A stretch of 64,000 nt of DNA. It comes from an uncultured Chloroflexia bacterium. GTDB lineage: Bacteria; Chloroflexota; Limnocylindria; Limnocylindrales; CSP1-4. The stretch is taken from assembly GCA_963819655.1 (NCBI GenBank), contig CAWFXA010000001.1, positions 352,001 to 416,000 on the forward strand, read 5' to 3'. Positions 57,885 to 64,000 of this stretch are shown in pieces; position 1 is the stretch's first letter; every line of letters begins with the position of its first letter. The position numbers were made by a program, and so were the translations under genes. The notes beneath the pieces were generated by a model that saw only the letters and a list, made by a program, of their open reading frames with translations, was not told where the DNA came from and did no database searches.

Positions 57885-58643
57885 CTACCGGAACGGCACC
57901 GGCTGGATCGACACGAACCTGCCGTCCCAGATCATCCGCTTCGGGGCGTACCGCCACGGCGTGAAGAACCGCGACAGCTGGCCCGGCGTGATCATGGTGT
58001 TCGGCCGCATGTCGTAACCGAAGCTGCTGTTCTGGAGCCCCCACAAGGGGCCCGTCACGCGGACGCTCGTGATCCTGAAGTCGGTCGTCTTCGCCGGATC
58101 CGCGGTCGCGGTGAAGCCGTGGAGGACCCAGCCGTGGTTGCCGTGCGAGACGGCCAACGCCACGGGCAGGTTGGTCAACCGGATGCGCGTGACGGCAAGC
58201 CGGATCGCGCCGAGGAACGTGGCGCTCGACGTCAGCCGGTAGCGATCGTCGACGAAATAGCGCAGGCCGGCCGTCCAGCCCTGCGGGTCGACACCGGCCG
58301 ACAGCGGCAGCGAATACCGATTGCGCGCGCGCATCCACGTGAAGTACCGACTCTGGGCGGTTCGGCTGTGATCCTCGCGGTGGTACTTCATGTTCCGCAT
58401 GATCTGGACGTCGGCGGCCGTGCACCACAGCCACGACTTCTGGGTCGTGAAGACCCCCGTGCGGTACAGGTTGATGCCGCCGGTCCACGCCGGGAGGGCG
58501 GCCACGGTGCTGGCCACCGCGACTTCGCCGCTGCGAGCCGGGGCGGCGGCGAGGGCACCGGACGTCGAACCGAGCGTGATCGCGAGCGCCGCGATCAGCC
58601 CGGTCGCGAGCCTGAGCCGGGGGCGTTGGCGCGGGCGTGCCAT
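57885..58643 (-). CDS. Secreted papain-fold (C39-like) putative peptidase
   Basis: ALA signal; Q-x5-C (QKSWLWC) and later HGWVLHG. Confidence 0.6.
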   Translation of the reverse strand: MARPRQRPRLRLATGLIAALAITLGSTSGALAAAPARSGEVAVASTVAALPAWTGGINLYRTGVFTTQKSWLWCTAADVQIMRNMKYHREDHSRTAQSRYFTWMRARNRYSLPLSAGVDPQGWTAGLRYFVDDRYRLTSSATFLGAIRLAVTRIRLTNLPVALAVSHGNHGWVLHGFTATADPAKTTDFRITSVRVTGPLWGLQNSSFGYDMRPNTMITPGQLSRFFTPWRYAPKRMIWDGRFVSIQPVPFR

Positions 58644-58698
58644 GCGTCCATCCTGCCCCAGGACGCCGGATCGTGCCACGACGCGGCAGTTCCGCCGC

Positions 58699-60414
58699 TC
58701 AGGCTCCGACCGACAGAGCTCCCAATCGCTCGGTGAGCCGCAGGTTCTCGGCGTAGTCGATCGGCACCTCGACGACGGACGGCCCGTCGACCTCGAGTGC
58801 GCGCATCAGCGTCGGGTACAGGTCCGCGGCGTTCGACGGTCGGAAGCCGGCGATCCCGAACGATTCCGCGTATCGCACGAAATCCGGGTTCCCGAACTCG
58901 ACGGCGAACGGTCGACCGAACTCGTTGCGCTGCTTCCAGTCGATCAGGCCGTAGCCGTCGTCGCGCCACACGACGACGCAGATCCCTGCCCCGACCCGCT
59001 TCGCCGTCTCGAGCTCCTGGCTGTTCATGAGGAACCCGCCGTCGCCGGACAGGGCGACGACCTTCCGATCCGGGTGCACGAGCTTTGCCGCGATCGCGCC
59101 GGGGATCGCGATGCCCATCGCCGCGAAACCGTTCGAGATGATCACGGTGTTCGGCTCGTACGTCTGGTAAAGGCGGGCGACCCAGACCTTGTGCGCGCCC
59201 ACGTCCGACACGACGATGTCCGATGGGCCGAGCGCGCGGCGCAGGTCGAGGATGGCTCGCTGCGGGGTGATCGGCCAGCCGTCGTTCGACGCGTGCGCGG
59301 CGAGCTCGTCGAGGAGGTGTGTTCGAAGGTCGGCGTGCACGAGGATCTCGCGGGACTCGTGTCGTTCGCTCGCGTCGCGACCACCGACACCCAGCGGCTG
59401 GACGGCATCGAGCAGGCGGCGCAATGACCCATCGATGTCGCCCACGAGTTCGACCGCGGGCTGGTAGGCGGCATCGATCTCGGCCGGCTGCGTGTCGATG
59501 TGGATGAGCCGTTTGCTGCCGTCCGGGTTCCACGACGACGGCGCGTACTCGACGAGGTCATAGCCGACGCAGATGACAAGGTCGGCGCGATCGAAGCCGG
59601 ACAGCACGTGGTCGCGGGCCTGCAGACCGACCGCCATCAGCGACAGGTGTGAACGATCGTCGATGGCGCCCTTGCCCATGAAGGTCGCTGCGACCGGGAC
59701 GTGCAGCCCGCGAGCCAGCGCCCTTAACTCGGGCGCGGCTCCGCGACGGAGGACACCGTTGCCAGCCAGGATGATCGGCCGCTCGGATCCGGCGATCAGG
59801 CGGGCCGCGTGCTCGATCGCCTCGTCGGTCGGCTCGGGGAAGTAGGCGTGCCCCGGGGTGAGCGGCACAGGTGGCGGGCCGCCGTCCCGCGGGGTGATGT
59901 CGGTCGCGGCGAGGTCCTCGGGCAGCTCGATGTGGGTCGGGCCTGGCTTCTCGAGCATCGCGACCCGGAACGCCTTGCGGACGATCTCCGGGATCGCACG
60001 GATCCGCTCGACGCGCGTGTTCCATTTCGTGACCGGTTCGAACATCCGCACGACGTCGACGACCTGATGAGCCTCCTTGTGGAGCTTGGACGACGCCGCC
60101 TGGCCGGTGATCGCGACCATCGGAGCACGATCGAGGTAGGCGTCGGCGATGCCCGTCAGGAGGTTCGTGGCGCCCGGGCCGAGCGTCGCCATGGCGACCG
60201 CGGCACGACCGGTGAGCCGGCCATGGACGTCGGCCATGAACGCGGCGCCCTGCTCGTGGCGCGTCGTGATGTGGCGGACGGCCTCGTGGCGCGAGAGCGC
60301 ATCGAGGATGTCCATCGTCTCCTCGCCCGGGACCGAAAAGACGTACTCGCAGCCTTCGGCTGCGAGGCAATCGACGAGGAGGTCGGCTGCGCGCCGAGGG
60401 TGGTCGGGGGTCAT
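58699..60414 (-). CDS. TPP-dependent acetolactate-synthase-like enzyme
   Basis: PGEE, RHEQGAAF, TLGPGATN, SDVGAH, GDGGFLMN. Confidence 0.92.
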   Translation of the reverse strand: MTPDHPRRAADLLVDCLAAEGCEYVFSVPGEETMDILDALSRHEAVRHITTRHEQGAAFMADVHGRLTGRAAVAMATLGPGATNLLTGIADAYLDRAPMVAITGQAASSKLHKEAHQVVDVVRMFEPVTKWNTRVERIRAIPEIVRKAFRVAMLEKPGPTHIELPEDLAATDITPRDGGPPPVPLTPGHAYFPEPTDEAIEHAARLIAGSERPIILAGNGVLRRGAAPELRALARGLHVPVAATFMGKGAIDDRSHLSLMAVGLQARDHVLSGFDRADLVICVGYDLVEYAPSSWNPDGSKRLIHIDTQPAEIDAAYQPAVELVGDIDGSLRRLLDAVQPLGVGGRDASERHESREILVHADLRTHLLDELAAHASNDGWPITPQRAILDLRRALGPSDIVVSDVGAHKVWVARLYQTYEPNTVIISNGFAAMGIAIPGAIAAKLVHPDRKVVALSGDGGFLMNSQELETAKRVGAGICVVVWRDDGYGLIDWKQRNEFGRPFAVEFGNPDFVRYAESFGIAGFRPSNAADLYPTLMRALEVDGPSVVEVPIDYAENLRLTERLGALSVGA

Positions 60415-60445
60415 GCGGGTAAGCGTAGGGCAATAGACTCCGCCG

Positions 60446-61996
60446 ATGAGCCGTCCTCGCCTCGAGATGCTCGCGCCCGATCTCATCGACCGGATCGTCG
60501 ACGAGGCGAAGCGCGTGCTGGCCGAGGTCGGAATGGAGATCCGCGGGCCGGAGATGCGCCGCCGGCTGGTCGAGGCCGGCCTGCCGACCGATGCGGCCGG
60601 TCGCGTGCTGTTCCCGCGGGACATCGTGGAGCGGGCGATCGCCAGCGCGCCGTCGTCGTTCACATTGTTCGACCGGGACGGAAACCCGCACGCGGACCTG
60701 GGCGAGGATCGCGTCCATTTCGTGCCGGGCTCGTCGGGGCTCAAGACGCTCGACCATCGAACAGGCGAGGTGCGACTCGCGAACTCGACCGACTTCGTCG
60801 AATACGTCCGCCTGGCCGACGGGCTGCAACACATCGCCTATCTCGCCACCGCGTTCTCGACGAACGACGACATCGAGGCGCAGGTGTCGGATGCCTGGCG
60901 CCTCTACATGGTCCTGACCAACTCGAAGAAACCGGTCGTATCCGGCGCGTTCACCGAGCACGGCGTCCCGCGCATGGTCGAGATGATGCAGCTCTTCCGG
61001 GCCGATCTGGCCGACCTCATCGCCCGGCCGATGTCGATCTTCACGATCACCGCGACCGGCAACTTCCGATACTCCGAGGACTCCTGCCAGAACCTGATCG
61101 ACTGCGTCGAGGCGGGGGTCCCGGTCGAGATCGTGCCGGTCACGCTGATGGGGCTGATCGCGCCGGTCACGACGGTCGGCGCCACCATCTTCCACACGGT
61201 CGATGTCCTGGCCGGCATCACGATGGCGCAGGTCATCCGACCGGGCGCGCCGGTGCTGTTCGGCGGGGCGCCCGCGACGTTCCACATGAAGGTCGCCTCG
61301 TCGCCGATGTCGGCGATCGAGGCGTTGCAGCTCGACGCCGCTTATGTGGCGGTCGCGAAGTCGCTGGGGCTGCCGTGCCAGTCGTACATGGCCCTGTCGG
61401 ACGGGCCGATCCTCGACGCGCAGGCCGGGGCAGAGACGTTCGGCTCCGCGCTGATCGCGGCGCTGGCCGGTGTCAACTCCGTGTCCGGGCCGGGAATGCT
61501 CGACTTCCTGCTCGTGTTCAACCTGCCGAAGCTGGTCTTCGACGACGAGATGTGCGGGCAGGCGCTGCGCTTCGTGCGCGAGGTGCGCGTTGCGGACGAC
61601 CTGCCGGTCGACGGGCTCATCAAGCAGCTCATGGCCGACCAGCACCTGATCATGGCCGAGCACACGATGGCCCACTGGCCGACCGAGCTGTACCTCCCCT
61701 CCGCCATCGTCGACCGGGACAACCGCGAGAACTGGTTGAAGGCCGGCGGCAAGGACACATACCAGCGGGCGGTCGACGAGGTCGAGCGGCGACTTGCCGC
61801 CTACCGTCCCGTCGCGACCGACCCAGCGATCGATGTCGAGCTGCGGCGGATCATCAGGTCGGGGTTCGAGTCGCAGACGGAGCTGCCGTTTGTGCCGCCG
61901 GCAGCGGAGCCGTCGGATGAAGCGCTCGCCGCAGTTGCTGCGGGCGATGGGGTGGGGAGGGCGCGGCGCGCCAACCCGAGGCGCCGCGCGAGCTGA
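60446..61996 (+). CDS. Trimethylamine methyltransferase (MttB) family, non-pyrrolysine
   Basis: [44 protein letters not shown]; no in-frame amber codon. Confidence 0.9.
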   Translation: MSRPRLEMLAPDLIDRIVDEAKRVLAEVGMEIRGPEMRRRLVEAGLPTDAAGRVLFPRDIVERAIASAPSSFTLFDRDGNPHADLGEDRVHFVPGSSGLKTLDHRTGEVRLANSTDFVEYVRLADGLQHIAYLATAFSTNDDIEAQVSDAWRLYMVLTNSKKPVVSGAFTEHGVPRMVEMMQLFRADLADLIARPMSIFTITATGNFRYSEDSCQNLIDCVEAGVPVEIVPVTLMGLIAPVTTVGATIFHTVDVLAGITMAQVIRPGAPVLFGGAPATFHMKVASSPMSAIEALQLDAAYVAVAKSLGLPCQSYMALSDGPILDAQAGAETFGSALIAALAGVNSVSGPGMLDFLLVFNLPKLVFDDEMCGQALRFVREVRVADDLPVDGLIKQLMADQHLIMAEHTMAHWPTELYLPSAIVDRDNRENWLKAGGKDTYQRAVDEVERRLAAYRPVATDPAIDVELRRIIRSGFESQTELPFVPPAAEPSDEALAAVAAGDGVGRARRANPRRRAS

Positions 61997-62018
61997 TCAG
62001 CGGTCGCGCATCCCTGAG

Positions 62019-62591
62019 CTACGAGCTACTGGCGTCGACCGGACCGGCCGCGTCGCGCGCGTAGAGGCGGTCGTGAACCCATGGCATGAACCAACGATCG
62101 AGGCCGATCCAGCCCGCATTTCGCCAGGCCAGCGCCAACAGCGCACCAAGGATGATCAGTGCGGGGTTCGATCCCAGGGCCCCTGCCAGCACGAAGTTTG
62201 CGTTCATGAAGACCCCACCGAACGCGGCGATCCCGGTCAGCAGCCCGACCAGCAGGCCCAGACCGACCGCGAACTCGCCGAGGGCGACCAGGGTCGCGAA
62301 CAGCCCGGCGTTGGGTTGCACGACGTTCTCCAGGAACCAGGCATACCAGCCGGGCGTGCCCTCGCTCGCGATCGCGCCGCCGACCATTCCCGCGACCGGC
62401 GCGCCATCGCCGAACAGCCACTCCCCGCTCGTGATCTTGCTCCAGCCGGCGGGGATGAACACCGACGCCATGTACAGCCTGACGACGAGCCACAGCCAGG
62501 CGGCGGTCGTGCTCGCAAACAGGAACCTTGCCCAACGTGGCTCTTGCAGCTGGTCGGGCGTGATCGGCGGCCGGATGAACTTCTCAAGCAT
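62019..62591 (-). CDS. DoxX/DoxD-like membrane protein
   Basis: WLVVRLY..AGWSKI, GEFAVGLGLLVG, MNANFVLAG, GLDRW. Confidence 0.88.
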   Translation of the reverse strand: MLEKFIRPPITPDQLQEPRWARFLFASTTAAWLWLVVRLYMASVFIPAGWSKITSGEWLFGDGAPVAGMVGGAIASEGTPGWYAWFLENVVQPNAGLFATLVALGEFAVGLGLLVGLLTGIAAFGGVFMNANFVLAGALGSNPALIILGALLALAWRNAGWIGLDRWFMPWVHDRLYARDAAGPVDASSS

Positions 62592-62685
62592 GCGGACCCT
62601 CCGAGGCACCGATCGTACCGCGCCACGATGCGGCTCGCGCGCGGAGAGTTGCTCGCGCCCGTCACGAGAGAGAGCCCGCGCCACC

Positions 62686-62854
62686 CCGTCAAATACTCGC
62701 CCCGGGAGTCTTGGGCGGCATATCGGCCCGGATTCGAGGCCGTCGAGAGGGGCGCGGCACCCTCTGCGTGCGAGGCTACGCACGATCGCGACGCTGAGCG
62801 CCCCGTCACGCGCCCAAGTCTTCGCCTAAGACTCCGCGGGCGAGTATCTGGCGG
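62686..62854. repeat. 169-bp element with 32-bp imperfect terminal inverted repeats (MITE-like or structured RNA)
   Basis: Arms 62686-62717 and 62823-62854 are 27/32 complementary. Confidence 0.7.
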
Positions 62855-62907
62855 ACAAGGATCGCCGGAGCGCCGGTCCGGTCCGGATGGCCGGAGCGCC
62901 GCACCCA

Positions 62908-63933
62908 CTAGGACGTCACCGCCACCAGGATGGATTCGACCTCCTGGTGACCCGTGGTGTCGGTGTGCTCCGCGCGTGCCTTCCGGCAGAGGTCCAGCGG
63001 CGTGAGACCGTCATCGGGGTCACGCAGACGAGGGTCCGCCCCGTGGTCGAGGAGACGCCGGACGGCAGCGGGGCGACCCTCCCGTGCCGCCGTACGCAGA
63101 GGATGGCCACCAAAGGCGGGATCGATGGCATCCACCGGCGTGCCGGCAGCGATCAGCGTGTCGATCACCTCCAACCGCTCGTGGTTGGCCGCCATCACCA
63201 GCGCGCGGACCCGGGCGTCCGCTGGCGTGTCGTCGTCGAGCCAGCCGGTCACATCGCCCACCGCGGCGGCCTCCTCGACGCCGTGGACCGTGGCGCCGGC
63301 AGCGACCAGGACATCGATGACGGACGTCATACCGAAGACGGCCGCATGGAGCAGCGCCGTACCGCCCGGGACGCCGCCTGCGTCGTCGGTCGCCTGTGCC
63401 TCGATGTCGGCGCCCGCCTCGATGAGCACACGCGCGACCTCGGCATCACCGTAGCTGGCGGCGGTGATCAACGGGGTTTCCGGGTCGCCGGGCCGGCCGT
63501 CGACCGGTGCGCCGGCACGCAGCAACGTCGCGGCGACGCCTGCGGTGCCAGGGACATCGCGCCACACGGATCGCGCCGAATCGAACCGGAGCATGGCCAC
63601 GTAGCCCAGCGGCGAGGCACCCTTAGGATGGTCCACCCAATGCTCCATGGTGGTCCAGGCAAGGTCGGGCTCTTCGGACAGGAGCCGCGTCAGGCGGTCC
63701 ACCTCGCGGGCGTCGAGGATCTCGCGACGTTCGACATCACGCTTGAGCCGCACCCAGCTCGGGAAACCGTACTCACGGGCGATCGCAAGCTGCGCGCCGG
63801 ACAGTGTCGTGGGCCCGGAGACAGCCTGGATGCGACCGAGCGCCGCAGGATCACCGCTCTTGGCGTCCCTGACGAGGTCCTTCGCGAGTCGACGGATGTG
63901 GTCGAGGCTGGGACGTGGAGGAAGGGCGGGCAT
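62908..63933 (-). CDS. Ankyrin-repeat protein with an N-terminal LP.RPSL...AREYGF.SW domain
   Basis: TPLITAASYG, TALLHAA, HPLRTAA, TPLDL; AAGGAG SD. Confidence 0.9.
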   Translation of the reverse strand: MPALPPRPSLDHIRRLAKDLVRDAKSGDPAALGRIQAVSGPTTLSGAQLAIAREYGFPSWVRLKRDVERREILDAREVDRLTRLLSEEPDLAWTTMEHWVDHPKGASPLGYVAMLRFDSARSVWRDVPGTAGVAATLLRAGAPVDGRPGDPETPLITAASYGDAEVARVLIEAGADIEAQATDDAGGVPGGTALLHAAVFGMTSVIDVLVAAGATVHGVEEAAAVGDVTGWLDDDTPADARVRALVMAANHERLEVIDTLIAAGTPVDAIDPAFGGHPLRTAAREGRPAAVRRLLDHGADPRLRDPDDGLTPLDLCRKARAEHTDTTGHQEVESILVAVTS

Positions 63934-64000
63934 CGAACGACTCCTTTCGATGGCCCCGGTCCGCGTCGGGCCAGAAGGAGATCGTCGAGCGGCCGGATGG

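Noticed and set aside
60446-61996. Pyrrolysine recoding in MttB
   Set aside because: The ORF is uninterrupted with no in-frame TAG

Overview
A 64 kb, very GC-rich bacterial chromosomal segment. Gene content and style suggest a Chloroflexota, possibly Limnocylindria-like, genome; this is inference only. It holds about 55 supportable CDSs and one tRNA-Gly(CCC). Main content: an ACT/DUF5612-xth-potABCD run; a GcvT-family plus Rieske oxygenase operon behind a long structured leader; a beta-CASP nuclease; a CtaA-CtaB fusion; pyrimidine genes in two blocks (pyrR-B-C and acidic ORF-pyrK-D-E); three ECF sigma/anti-sigma pairs within 17 kb; a GalT variant; lipB; a PAS-GGDEF cyclase; a DosS/DosR-like cluster; an M14 peptidase; and a non-pyrrolysine MttB. 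No cas genes, integrase or intact transposase are visible. Best candidate for an undescribed system: ECF sigma factors coupled to large membrane-anchored sensors that share a repeated Cys-paired 'GHFDD-x5-C...C-R-xx-FVV' module, with one sigma apparently starting at a non-canonical ATC codon. Also notable: an archaeal-type ACT/DUF5612 protein, a 72-bp-period palindromic mini-array, several candidate cis-regulatory RNAs and pervasive leaderless promoters. Family assignments come from motif recognition; no searches were run.
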